DNA of 64,000 nt, from IMG/VR virus record IMGVR_UViG_3300021431_000002; one strand, given 5' to 3'. Every line of letters begins with the position of its first letter. Position 1 is the first letter of the stretch. This document shows, in pieces, positions 20,496 through 30,290 of the stretch. The notes under the pieces are model-generated. The model had not been told where the DNA came from. It searched no databases and saw only the letters and a list, made by a program, of their open reading frames with translations. The stretch is from a virus. Its lineage: Duplodnaviria > Heunggongvirae > Uroviricota > Caudoviricetes. The position numbers were made by a program, and so were the translations under genes.

Positions 20496-21031
20496 TGAGT
20501 ATATTAGAAGTATTTTTTTGGTTTTGCAAAGAACAAAAAATAATGGATGTGATTTTCAAGAAATATCACGAAGAAACGCCTTTTTTTTGGGAATATTCTG
20601 AAAATAATGGAGTAAATCAAAAATATCTGTCTTTGGAAAACGCTATAGAAGAATATTGCATTTCTTCTAAAATTGATACTATATTTTGGAGATTGTTCTC
20701 CAACACGACAGACGATAATGAACGATATAAAAAAGCAAGAGCCAAATGGACTAAGTTCTCGAAAAATAACATTTTATTTTCAGACCAATTTGTAAAAGTT
20801 GGCGATACAATTGAATTTGACCTATGCTTCCCAAGACGTATACCCTTACATGGTGTAGTGTCTGAAATACCAAAAACATTTAATGGGTCAGTTTTGGTTC
20901 GTTTGGATAATGGGGAGGAAAAAGCAGTTGGTTTGTTAAGCAGAAGTGACTTAAAAATAAACGGTGAGGAAAGAACACCAGAATTTTACATTAAAAGAAG
21001 ACGAAAACTATATGGGGCTAATAAAAGATAA
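20495..21031 (+). CDS. Hypothetical protein
   Basis: ORF coupled by a TAATG overlap. Confidence 0.7.
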   Translation: MSILEVFFWFCKEQKIMDVIFKKYHEETPFFWEYSENNGVNQKYLSLENAIEEYCISSKIDTIFWRLFSNTTDDNERYKKARAKWTKFSKNNILFSDQFVKVGDTIEFDLCFPRRIPLHGVVSEIPKTFNGSVLVRLDNGEEKAVGLLSRSDLKINGEERTPEFYIKRRRKLYGANKR

Positions 21032-22136
21032 AATTTATTATACTTATGAAGATGTTACTATAATGCCTAATATTTTGAGTGCAATAGAGCATCGTAAAGA
21101 GTGTATCCCATTTGACGAAAATGGGATGTTGCCTCTTTTCACAGCACCAATGGATTGTGTTGTTAGTAAAAAAAATTTTAAACAGTTTGAAAACGAAATG
21201 ATTTATGCCATCTTACCTAGAACTGAGTCTATTAAAGATAGAGTTGACTATTCGGTAAAAGGAAGATGGGCTGCATATTCAATGACTGAATTTGAAACAA
21301 TATTTTGCAACGAAAAAGAGCCATTAGAACAAAACACCACACTTAAAGCCTTAATCGACATTGCAAATGGGCACATGGAAAAAAGTGTTCATTTGGTTAG
21401 GGCAGCAAAAAACATTTACGGTGATAATATAGTCATAATGGTTGGAAACATTGCTAATCCAGAAACATATGAGGAATACGCTAGGGTTGGTGCTGACTAT
21501 ATAAGAATTGGCATAGGTGGCGGTCGTGGATGTCTCTCATCTTCTAACACTGGAATTCACACCCCAATGGCAACACTAATTGATGATACCGTAGAAGTTA
21601 GAAAAAGGATAGAAAACAAATATAAAAAGTTACCAAAAATTATTGCAGATGGTGGAATTAGAAACTATCGTGATATAATTAAAGCATTAGCACTAGGGGC
21701 TGATTATGCAATGATTGGTAGTGTGTTTGCTAAAATGCTTGAATCAGCAGCACCTAAAACTGTTAATAGTGATGAATGGTATAAATTACCTTTACGGACT
21801 GAACTAGAAGATTTAAATGAGTTTATTTTTGATGATGTTGGATGGAGGGCAAAATATAAAGGAAAAGAAATATTCTTAGGAGATATTAAGGCAACCTTTT
21901 ACGGAATGGCTTCTAGAGAGGGACAAATTGCATTAAATGGTGCTAAAACAAAAACAAGTGAGGGTTTGAAAACAACATTACCAGTACTATATACAATGCA
22001 CGGTTGGGCAACAAATTTCATGGATTATCTTTGCTCTGCAATGTCATATTTAGGAGTATTTACATTAGAAGAAATGAAAAAATATTCTACTGTAATAATT
22101 AATTCAAATAATGCGGTTTCTGCTGTTAATAAATAA
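21012..22136 (+). CDS. IMP dehydrogenase / GMP reductase family protein
   Basis: TAPMD, IDIANGH, GNIA, GIGGGRGC (catalytic Cys), IIADGGIR, ALALGADYAMIG, FYGMAS. Confidence 0.9.
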   Translation: MGLIKDKIYYTYEDVTIMPNILSAIEHRKECIPFDENGMLPLFTAPMDCVVSKKNFKQFENEMIYAILPRTESIKDRVDYSVKGRWAAYSMTEFETIFCNEKEPLEQNTTLKALIDIANGHMEKSVHLVRAAKNIYGDNIVIMVGNIANPETYEEYARVGADYIRIGIGGGRGCLSSSNTGIHTPMATLIDDTVEVRKRIENKYKKLPKIIADGGIRNYRDIIKALALGADYAMIGSVFAKMLESAAPKTVNSDEWYKLPLRTELEDLNEFIFDDVGWRAKYKGKEIFLGDIKATFYGMASREGQIALNGAKTKTSEGLKTTLPVLYTMHGWATNFMDYLCSAMSYLGVFTLEEMKKYSTVIINSNNAVSAVNK

Positions 22137-22198
22137 TAATAAAAAAATGTGTTCAAAGATTGATTTTTTTGAACACATTTTTATTTTTTATAAAAAGT

Positions 22199-22894
22199 AT
22201 GGAAAATAAAATAACTGTCATTTTTTGTTCTAAGAAAAAAGGTGAGGAAAATAAAGGATTTATCGAGCATATTAGGGAAACTTGTGGATGTGATTTAAAC
22301 GTCATATGCGTTCATAATCCAGATGGATTGTCATTATCTAAAATATATGCTGATATGGTCGTGTCAGAAGATATTGAAACAAATATCATTTTGTTTATAC
22401 ATGATGATATAGAATTTTTGAGGAAAGGATGGGGTAAAGAACTTTTACGTCTTTTTAACGAGAACAAAGACTATGGAATAATCGGTGTTGCTGGCTCTGC
22501 TCAATTTGATGAAAACGGTGCTTGGTGGAATTATGAAAAGAAATTCGGTCAAGTACTCCATAGATGGGAAGGTAAATCATGGCTTACAGCATTTTCGCCA
22601 CTTCTTGAAAAAGATTTACAAGAGGTTGTTGTGATTGATGGTCTTTTTATTGGTGTTCACAAAAAGAGAATATCAGAAAATTTCAGTAGAGAACTTTCTG
22701 GATTTGATTTTTATGATATATATTTTTGCTTATCCAATTTCTTTAAGAAGAAATGCAAGATTGGTGTGACTACGAACATTAGGCTTGCGCACAATTCAAT
22801 AGGGAAACTTAAAGATACATGGTATAAAAATAGAGAAATTATAAATGAGAAATTTGGCAATAAATTTCCAATTGATATATTAAAAAAGAAATAA
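22199..22894 (+). CDS. GT2-like glycosyltransferase
   Basis: LFIHDDIEF, GIIGVAG, VVIDGLF, FDFYDIYFC. Confidence 0.75.
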   Translation: MENKITVIFCSKKKGEENKGFIEHIRETCGCDLNVICVHNPDGLSLSKIYADMVVSEDIETNIILFIHDDIEFLRKGWGKELLRLFNENKDYGIIGVAGSAQFDENGAWWNYEKKFGQVLHRWEGKSWLTAFSPLLEKDLQEVVVIDGLFIGVHKKRISENFSRELSGFDFYDIYFCLSNFFKKKCKIGVTTNIRLAHNSIGKLKDTWYKNREIINEKFGNKFPIDILKKK

Positions 22895-22895
22895 T

Positions 22896-23174
22896 ATGGA
22901 TACGAACAAAACCCTAGAAAATTTATCTAAAAAAAATCTAGAAAGCCTCACTAGTTTATATGGTATTGTAAACGAAATTTTTTTGGACTATTCTAGAATG
23001 ACAGACGGATATTCGTTGGCTACTGGAGATAAACTATTTGAAAATATGCCTAAAGATATGGAAAATATGATTAAAGATAGGCAGAAATTTCTATTTTATA
23101 GGAATATCGTAAAAGATGCCATAAAAAATAAAATAACAAAAATAATGGAAAATAATGGGATTGAAAAAAATTAA
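22896..23174 (+). CDS. Hypothetical protein
   Basis: ORF in operon. Confidence 0.65.
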   Translation: MDTNKTLENLSKKNLESLTSLYGIVNEIFLDYSRMTDGYSLATGDKLFENMPKDMENMIKDRQKFLFYRNIVKDAIKNKITKIMENNGIEKN

Positions 23175-24141
23175 GAAATATTTTTTAAACCTTTTGTATG
23201 GATTACCTCATGGTTTGAGAGCAGCAGATTCAGAAATTATGGGAAGTGGCTCTAAAGATGATTTGGGTACATCAATACACCAAGAAGTTTCTGACCAAAG
23301 AGTTGCAAAACACTTGCTAAAAGGTGAAGTCACGCAAGAAGTTGAAGAATTGCGATATAGAACCTATAAGGTTGCAAATGAATCTGAAAAATACAAGTAT
23401 TTAGGAAATGGCGTGGCGGTAAAAGAAGAAAAAGAAAAGAAACCAACAGATAGGAAAAAATATAAATTCTCTCAAGAAAATGAAAACATATGCGAATCTG
23501 TCCTTGAAGGATTAAACCAAGTCGGAAAATATGGGGTTGAGCGTTATAGATTCGAAATAGATTATGAATCTTTTGTGAGATTTAAAGTTGAAAAATTTGC
23601 AACCAAAGTTGATGTAAACATTAATGATGAAACTGGTTTAATTGAAACCACTTTGCATTTTAACTCTGAACCAAATCCTTACGATGGAGCATCAATGCCA
23701 TTCATTAATGAAATCTCTAAACTTCTTAATGTAAAAAGTGAATACGAGGTTAAAAGAAATGAGATTGCTTCATCAATAAAAAATTTCTCATTTTGTACCT
23801 ATAAAGCAACGAATGAGGATGATTTTGTAACATATAGTTTTGTCAATGGTGGAAAATTCAAAAATTTTGTACGAAATGGGTATGAATTTTTACTGACATT
23901 AACTTGGGATGAGTATATGAGAGTTCCGCTTAATTTGGAAGCAAAATACTATTCAAAGAGTATGGCAGAGAAATATGATAAGAAAGAAAAAAAAGATACC
24001 CCTATTTCCTTGGCAGAGGTTGAAAGGAAAAGATATTGTTCTGTATGCGGAAAAGAAATGTCTGTGTATGATGCAGACATACAAGAGGCAAGCGGTCAAG
24101 AGCCAATTTGTAAAGAATGTATGCAAAAAGCATTGAAATAA
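23155..24141 (+). CDS. Hypothetical protein with C-terminal Zn finger
   Basis: CSVC...CKEC. Confidence 0.7.
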   Translation: MGLKKIKKYFLNLLYGLPHGLRAADSEIMGSGSKDDLGTSIHQEVSDQRVAKHLLKGEVTQEVEELRYRTYKVANESEKYKYLGNGVAVKEEKEKKPTDRKKYKFSQENENICESVLEGLNQVGKYGVERYRFEIDYESFVRFKVEKFATKVDVNINDETGLIETTLHFNSEPNPYDGASMPFINEISKLLNVKSEYEVKRNEIASSIKNFSFCTYKATNEDDFVTYSFVNGGKFKNFVRNGYEFLLTLTWDEYMRVPLNLEAKYYSKSMAEKYDKKEKKDTPISLAEVERKRYCSVCGKEMSVYDADIQEASGQEPICKECMQKALK

Positions 24142-24164
24142 TTAAATTATAAAATATATTTTAT

Positions 24165-24764
24165 ATGTTAACGATAGGTGTTGAATTAAATCATGTTGTT
24201 AGAAATATTAACAAACAAATTATAAAATACTACGCAAAAGAGTTTTCTCCTGAAACGGATATTGATGAAATAGATGACAAGGAGGATGTATTTAAGACAT
24301 TCGCTAAATTTAACAGTAATTACGAAAAAAATAATTTCATTTTCATTGATTATCCATATGAAATTTTCGGTTGCGCTAGTACAATGGAAAAAAAATTAGC
24401 TGTTAAAATTACAAACTGGCTCACAGATATATCCAATATTGAAGACGAAGATATTAGAATTGTGTTTTACAGTTTGAATGAAGGTGAACTTAGCATTCAA
24501 TCAACATATTTTTTCTTGAGTAAAATAGGCACAAGAGTTAGAAAGGTATTTTTCCCTAAAAATATTGACGAGGTATGGGATGAATGTGATGTCGTGATAA
24601 CAGCAAGAGACGAGTTTTTTGAAAAAGAAATCCCAGAAGGTAAAAAAGTAGTTTTAATCAACAGACCGTTTAATAAAGAGGCAAAAGATAAAGCATTCTT
24701 AAATTACGATAATTTAAGCGAAATAATAACTGACGAAGATTTTTTTAACAAATTAAAAGGATGA
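24165..24764 (+). CDS. HAD/5'-nucleotidase-like protein, degenerate
   Basis: IGVELNHVVRN at the DxD position; CDVVIT...VVLINRPFN. Confidence 0.5.
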   Translation: MLTIGVELNHVVRNINKQIIKYYAKEFSPETDIDEIDDKEDVFKTFAKFNSNYEKNNFIFIDYPYEIFGCASTMEKKLAVKITNWLTDISNIEDEDIRIVFYSLNEGELSIQSTYFFLSKIGTRVRKVFFPKNIDEVWDECDVVITARDEFFEKEIPEGKKVVLINRPFNKEAKDKAFLNYDNLSEIITDEDFFNKLKG

Positions 24765-25096
24765 AACAAAACACATTTATTTTTGACATCAACAAAATAA
24801 CTGATTTTGTGTTTGGCAATCCAAATGAAAGAACCAATGATGTTGAGATTACGGAAAATTACATTTTTGACAAAAAGTTGGACAAGATGATTCCAAACAC
24901 TAAAGAAGTAAAAGAGGTAAAAGTAAATGACTATACTGGTCAAAATACTATTCGTTATGACCTTGTTAAAACATTTATTGATATTTTGGATGCTGTAGAA
25001 GACCCAAATATTATGTCTTTAGGACAAAGCATTACATACAATACAATGCAAGCATATGAATTAATTAAAGATATAAAAAATACCGACAATGAGTGA
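24761..25096 (+). CDS. Hypothetical protein
   Basis: ATGA overlap within operon. Confidence 0.7.
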   Translation: MKQNTFIFDINKITDFVFGNPNERTNDVEITENYIFDKKLDKMIPNTKEVKEVKVNDYTGQNTIRYDLVKTFIDILDAVEDPNIMSLGQSITYNTMQAYELIKDIKNTDNE

Positions 25097-26180
25097 AAAA
25101 AATTTAAAGATTATTGAAAACATTGAAAAGGAAATTTCAAAAATAGATAAGAAAGAAAACAGAATCTTCTTTTTCGTAATTGATACAAAGGGTGTACCAA
25201 GTGGTAGCCTAGAGTATATCTACAACCTTGCATTGATATGTAAAGAAGAAGGTTACGATGTAAGTATGCTACATACAGAAGAAGAGTTTGTTGGAGTTGG
25301 AGCATGGCTTGATGAAAAATATGCTAATCTTCCACATTATAATGTAAACAAGGGAGAGGTTGGAACATCACCATCTGACTTGCTGTTTATACCTGAGATT
25401 TATTCACAAGTTATGAACCAGACAAAGCAGCTTCCTTGTAAGAGAGTTGCTATCCTTCAGAATTACAATTACTTGGTAGAACAAATGCCTTATGTCGCTC
25501 AGTGGGGTGATTTCGGAATTATGGAAGGAATAACTAATTCAGATTATCAAGCAGCAGAACTTAATGAGTCATTTCCATATGTTAAACTTAGAAAAATTAC
25601 ACCGTTTATCTCTAAAATTTTTGGTAAAACAAATGAGCCAAAGAAAATGGTAGTTAATGTAATCGCTAAGGACCAGTCAAATATTAAGAAAATTGTAAAA
25701 CCATTCTATTGGAAATATCCAATGTTTAAATGGGTTTCATTTAAAGAGCTCAGGAATCTATCCAAAGAAGACTTTGCAAAAGCATTGCGTGAGGGTGCTA
25801 TAACTGTTATTGTTGACGAGGATGCAAGTTTCTGTTATTCTGCTCTTGAGTCCGTTAAAAGCGGTTCAATTACAATGTGTAAAGTTCCCGAAACGGAATG
25901 GGATTGGGCTTCTAATGAAGATGGTATATTACCAAATTGCTGCGTCTGGTTTAACGACTATGATACATTGCACAAGCAATTAGCAAGTGTTGTTCGTTCA
26001 TGGATTACAGATAAAGTTCCTACAGTACTTGATGAGGAAGGAAAGAAAGTTTTAGATAGTTTCTCTTATGACAAAACCAAGGGAGAAATGCTTTCTTATG
26101 TGAATGATGTCCTAGGCAGAAGAAAGAAAGAAATGGAAGAACTTATCATACAAATTAAGGCGAAAAAAGAGGAAGAGTAA
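25089..26180 (+). CDS. GT-B-like glycosyltransferase
   Basis: PSGSLEYIY, DLLFIPEI, LSKEDFAKAL...DEDASFCYSALESVKSG resembling E.FG...LEAM..G. Confidence 0.6.
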   Translation: MSEKNLKIIENIEKEISKIDKKENRIFFFVIDTKGVPSGSLEYIYNLALICKEEGYDVSMLHTEEEFVGVGAWLDEKYANLPHYNVNKGEVGTSPSDLLFIPEIYSQVMNQTKQLPCKRVAILQNYNYLVEQMPYVAQWGDFGIMEGITNSDYQAAELNESFPYVKLRKITPFISKIFGKTNEPKKMVVNVIAKDQSNIKKIVKPFYWKYPMFKWVSFKELRNLSKEDFAKALREGAITVIVDEDASFCYSALESVKSGSITMCKVPETEWDWASNEDGILPNCCVWFNDYDTLHKQLASVVRSWITDKVPTVLDEEGKKVLDSFSYDKTKGEMLSYVNDVLGRRKKEMEELIIQIKAKKEEE

Positions 26181-26818
26181 TGAAAGAACTTTTAAAAAGC
26201 AATACAGTTGGATACATTAACCCAGATGTGTCAATTTGTGTTCATAAATATGAACAAGCCAAAAAAAGTGGGAAGATGGATGACCGACTCAAGGATTATT
26301 TTGATAGATGGGATAAATTAGGATTTTTACAAGGCTCTCCAGATGATAGGAAGGAAGAGTTGGCATTTGCTTATGAGCAACTTGCAATATTCTTGATTTA
26401 CTGTGAGAGTGACCAAACAGATAGGTTATTTGAACGTGATGATAATGCGTATAATGCATTCGAGACTATTGGTTTCCCAATGACAAGAAGAGTTGTTGAA
26501 AAATTAGAGCCAAATGAATTTGATTTCCAAAAATTTTTGAAATATTGTAAGGAGATTAACCCAAAAGACATTCTACATGATATTGAAAAATTAAATCCTA
26601 GGGTAGGACCACACAACAAAAGAAAATATTTACAGATAGATAATGAGGCAGAAGCAGTCGCATTATGCTGTGATATGATTGTGGAGAAATTCAACAATCC
26701 AAATAAAGATAGTGGAACTATTAAGAACGAGCATTTTGAAAAATTTAATAAACTAATAGAAGAGAAAAAAGAAAAATTAAAGAATGAAAGAGCTAGTGGT
26801 GATAATACCAATGAATGA
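26180..26818 (+). CDS. Mini-paralog of the major capsid protein
   Basis: RWDKLGFLQG, FETIGFPMTRRVVEKL and IDNEAEA match segments of the MCP at 40357-42381. Confidence 0.7.
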   Translation: MKELLKSNTVGYINPDVSICVHKYEQAKKSGKMDDRLKDYFDRWDKLGFLQGSPDDRKEELAFAYEQLAIFLIYCESDQTDRLFERDDNAYNAFETIGFPMTRRVVEKLEPNEFDFQKFLKYCKEINPKDILHDIEKLNPRVGPHNKRKYLQIDNEAEAVALCCDMIVEKFNNPNKDSGTIKNEHFEKFNKLIEEKKEKLKNERASGDNTNE

Positions 26819-27572
26819 ATTTGGTAAAGAAAATATTGAGTTGTTAAACAAGGCTGTTGAGTCAGTACCAAGCGAACTCAATGTCTTGCTTTCAGTACCA
26901 AGTGGCACTGATAGAAAGAAGTTGAAGGGAATTAATGATAGGCTTGGTGTTGTGTCAGAGTCAGAAGGTAGTTCTTTCGCAGAACTTGTAAATGCTGCTG
27001 TTAATACAATCGAAGAGAAATGGTTCTCAATCCTTGAATTTGATGACACATATACACCAATCTGGTATGATAACGCCAAAAAGTACATTGAATTTATGCC
27101 AAGCACAAGTGTATTCATGTATCTTGAGGATATTACAGATTTCAATGACGGAAAGTATATTGGTTTCGGAAACTCAGAGGCTTGGGCGAGTTCTTTTTCA
27201 AACGAGATTGGTTTCATTGATAATGATTGCTTGCAAAACTATTTTGATTTCTACCTAACAGGTAGTATCTTTAATACTGCTGATTGGCGTGAAATTGGAG
27301 GGCTTAAGCCACAAATTAAACTAACGTTTTGGTATGAATGGCTGTTACGTGCAACTAATAAGAATAAGACTGTTTATGTAATTCCAAAGGTAGGATACAA
27401 CCACAAGCTTGGAAGAAAAGGGTCACTAGTAGAAGTATATAGAAACACGATGTCAAAAGAGGAAATCGAGTTTAGTTTTGACCTTGCGAAGAAAGAATAT
27501 TTTTATCATCCATCAGTTGAAAGAGATTTATCTAAATTTATTTTTAAGCCTAATGAAGAAACTAACAACTAA
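26784..27572 (+). CDS. GT2-like glycosyltransferase
   Basis: VVIIP...AVESV, FAELVNAAV, ILEFDD, IGGLK...WYEWLLR. Confidence 0.7.
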   Translation: MKELVVIIPMNEFGKENIELLNKAVESVPSELNVLLSVPSGTDRKKLKGINDRLGVVSESEGSSFAELVNAAVNTIEEKWFSILEFDDTYTPIWYDNAKKYIEFMPSTSVFMYLEDITDFNDGKYIGFGNSEAWASSFSNEIGFIDNDCLQNYFDFYLTGSIFNTADWREIGGLKPQIKLTFWYEWLLRATNKNKTVYVIPKVGYNHKLGRKGSLVEVYRNTMSKEEIEFSFDLAKKEYFYHPSVERDLSKFIFKPNEETNN

Positions 27573-28503
27573 AGAATTCAAAGATAGGATTTTATTAATT
27601 CATAAAAATAAATTTATTTATGACAAAACAGATTTAGAAAATCGTGATGAAAAGGGGCGAGTAATTATTACTTGCCCTATACATGGAGATTTTTTGCAAA
27701 CACCTAAAAATCATCTACATGGGCAAGGTTGCCCAAAATGTAGCCATAAATCCACTAAATATACAGTTGAAGAAATTAAAGAAAAAATAAGAAAAAAATA
27801 TAACGGTAAATATGATGTTTCACTAATTACTGAATATAGTAATAATACACAAAAACTACCATTAATTTGTGATGAACATGGATATTTTGAAGCAACCTGG
27901 AATGATTTAGACAACAATCATGGATGCCAAAAATGTGGAAAAATAAAAAATTATGAATCACTTAGAAAAACATCAAAAACGTTTATAGAAGAAGCAATAA
28001 AAATTCATGGTAGTAACTATGATTATTCTTTTGTAGACTATAAAAGAGCGCATAGTTATATTAGTTTAAAATGCAATAAATGTGGTCATTTATTTAAAAT
28101 AATGCCAAATGAGCATCTAAAAGGTAAAGGATGCCCAAGATGTAATGAAAGTCATTTAGAAAATGAAATAAGATTATTCTTAGAAACAAACAATATTGAT
28201 TTCTATGACAAAAAACATTTTAATTGGCTAGGACTCCAACATTTAGATTTTTATTTACCAAAATATAATATGGGAATAGAATGTCAAGGAAAACAACATT
28301 TTGAAGCCGTTAAACATTTTGGCGGATTACAAGGCTATAAAACTCGTTTTTTATTAGATAAAAATAAAAAAGAACTTTGTAAAGAACATAATGTTAGAAT
28401 ATTGTATTATACTCACGAAGATTATGATTCATTTTTAGGCGAACAATTAATTAAAAACACTGATAAACTTTTAGAAGAGATAAAAAAAGAAGAAAATGAA
28501 TAA
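27553..28503 (+). CDS. Zn-ribbon-repeat putative homing endonuclease
   Basis: 3 repeats plus LDFYLPKYNMGIECQGKQHF. Confidence 0.75.
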   Translation: MKKLTTKEFKDRILLIHKNKFIYDKTDLENRDEKGRVIITCPIHGDFLQTPKNHLHGQGCPKCSHKSTKYTVEEIKEKIRKKYNGKYDVSLITEYSNNTQKLPLICDEHGYFEATWNDLDNNHGCQKCGKIKNYESLRKTSKTFIEEAIKIHGSNYDYSFVDYKRAHSYISLKCNKCGHLFKIMPNEHLKGKGCPRCNESHLENEIRLFLETNNIDFYDKKHFNWLGLQHLDFYLPKYNMGIECQGKQHFEAVKHFGGLQGYKTRFLLDKNKKELCKEHNVRILYYTHEDYDSFLGEQLIKNTDKLLEEIKKEENE

Positions 28504-28894
28504 ATACGATAGAGAAATTCTAGGCGAAAGAATATCTATACTTTCTGTGGATAAAAGTACCTCAAATGAAGTTGTTTTAGAGATGATATATAAAGATTTA
28601 TCAATAAAATTGGATTTTATTAAGAACCTTTATCCGTTTTTTAATGGTGGGTTGGTTATGTATGATATAATGTTCAAACATTATGGGATAAAAATTAAGC
28701 CCATACTAAAAAATGGTGATACTCTTGAACGTTTTAAGGATACGTTTGAAGAATGCGAGAAAGCATTTGAAAATGGTATGTTTAATGTAGAAAGAAACTA
28801 TTTTGGGCGTGGCGAATGGCCTATCATATTATTTGATAGGGTGTCTCAGATAGATAAAGATAAAGATTGGATAACATACACAATCACAAGATAA
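28496..28894 (+). CDS. Hypothetical protein
   Basis: ORF followed by a hairpin at 28902-28934. Confidence 0.65.
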   Translation: MNKYDREILGERISILSVDKSTSNEVVLEMIYKDLSIKLDFIKNLYPFFNGGLVMYDIMFKHYGIKIKPILKNGDTLERFKDTFEECEKAFENGMFNVERNYFGRGEWPIILFDRVSQIDKDKDWITYTITR

Positions 28895-28901
28895 AAATAT
28901 T

Positions 28902-28934
28902 TAATGGCATTAATTGTGATGGTTAATGCCATTT
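28902..28934 (+). terminator. Intrinsic terminator
   Basis: AATGGCATTAA...TTAATGCCATT followed by a T-rich tail. Confidence 0.7.
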
Positions 28935-29088
28935 TATTTGTTTCATCAAAACGGCAACACAAAGATTCTATAATTATAGAATGTGAAAGAAAGTGTGTTT
29001 ATTTTACGCAGATTTGCCTTTGATTAGATATTTAAATATTAAAATAACCAATACAAGGAATAATCCCTAAATATAAATATCCTATACA

Positions 29089-29862
29089 ATGTCAGAAATT
29101 TGCGTAACTGAAGAAAAGGTAAAGAAAAAAAGAGGCAGAAAGCCATCTAAAGAAAGAAAAGGCTACTTTTATGAGGAGCAAGAAGAGGCTGTGGTTAATT
29201 ATATATCTACAGATGATGAAAAAGAAAAAAACAAAATTTTCAACACAATTTTAAAACCAGCTTTTACGAAGATGATTGAATCAATCATAAGGAGGTATAA
29301 TTTGTATCCGCCTGACGAAGAGTTTGAGACTACATTTAATGACACCATATCTTTTCTTATGACTAAATTGTCGTGCTTTGACCCAACAACAAACTACAAA
29401 GCATACTCTTATTGTGGAACAATTTGTAAGAATTATTTGATATATAAAATCAATCAATTTTCTAAAAATCAGAAAAGAAACATATCATATGATAATCCGC
29501 TTGAGCCAATTCAAAACGATATTAGCGATAGTATAACATATTCATATGATGAAACAGACCCAAGAAAAACATTTTTGTCTGAACTTACTGGTAATACCGT
29601 AGAGGGTATCGAAAAAATCCTTTCTGAAAAAGAAAAAATGAAGCTCAATGAAAATGAAATTAAAGTTGGAAAAGCTTTAATCAACCTAATGCAAAACTGG
29701 GATGAACTATTTGCACAAATGGGTAGTAATAAGTTTAATAAAAGTTCAATATTGTTATTCTTGAAAGAAACAACAATGCTTAACACTAAAGAAATAAGGG
29801 ATGCCATAAAAGTCTATAAGAAAAAATATTATGACATTAAGTTAAAACTTATTAATGAATAA
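29089..29862 (+). CDS. Late sigma factor (T4 gp55-like)
   Basis: Sigma region-2-like KMIESIIRRY...FDPTTNYKAYSYCGTICKNYLI; compare gp55 FDP.K..NPFAYFTQI. Confidence 0.65.
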   Translation: MSEICVTEEKVKKKRGRKPSKERKGYFYEEQEEAVVNYISTDDEKEKNKIFNTILKPAFTKMIESIIRRYNLYPPDEEFETTFNDTISFLMTKLSCFDPTTNYKAYSYCGTICKNYLIYKINQFSKNQKRNISYDNPLEPIQNDISDSITYSYDETDPRKTFLSELTGNTVEGIEKILSEKEKMKLNENEIKVGKALINLMQNWDELFAQMGSNKFNKSSILLFLKETTMLNTKEIRDAIKVYKKKYYDIKLKLINE

Positions 29863-29891
29863 TTCAAAATAAAATATTTATAACAAAAAAT

Positions 29892-30290
29892 ATGGGAAAG
29901 CTTAAAATTGAACTTAACGATACCCAAAATATAAGAGACCTTTTGCAAAATGCATATAATTTGGCAGACGAGCAGATTGTACAAGCACAGAACGAAATAA
30001 ACAAACTATCTGTTGCCACTCAACTGCAAGATGAGCCAATGGAGGCTAGAAGTAAGTATGCAAAGGCAATTAACGATTATCTTGGGTTAAAAGACAAAGC
30101 AATCTCTAAAAAAATAGAAATTGCTAAAATATTGACAGACATATATCACCATAACGGTGATGTAAAAGGTGCTTTAGAAGGAAATGAAACGGCACTTAAC
30201 GAAATGGCATTTAATTTCGATGACATCAAAAAAATTGTAGATGATTCATTGCAAGAAAAAACTAAAAAAATTGAACTAAATAAAAAATAA
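29892..30290 (+). CDS. Late helical hypothetical protein
   Basis: TATTTATA at 29875 upstream. Confidence 0.7.
   Translation: MGKLKIELNDTQNIRDLLQNAYNLADEQIVQAQNEINKLSVATQLQDEPMEARSKYAKAINDYLGLKDKAISKKIEIAKILTDIYHHNGDVKGALEGNETALNEMAFNFDDIKKIVDDSLQEKTKKIELNKK

Noticed and set aside
28895-29088. tRNA or ncRNA upstream of the sigma gene
   Set aside because: Only a terminator hairpin is evident; no cloverleaf or T-loop motif
29892-30290. Terminase small subunit
   Set aside because: Size and helicity fit, but there is no diagnostic motif and it is far from terL
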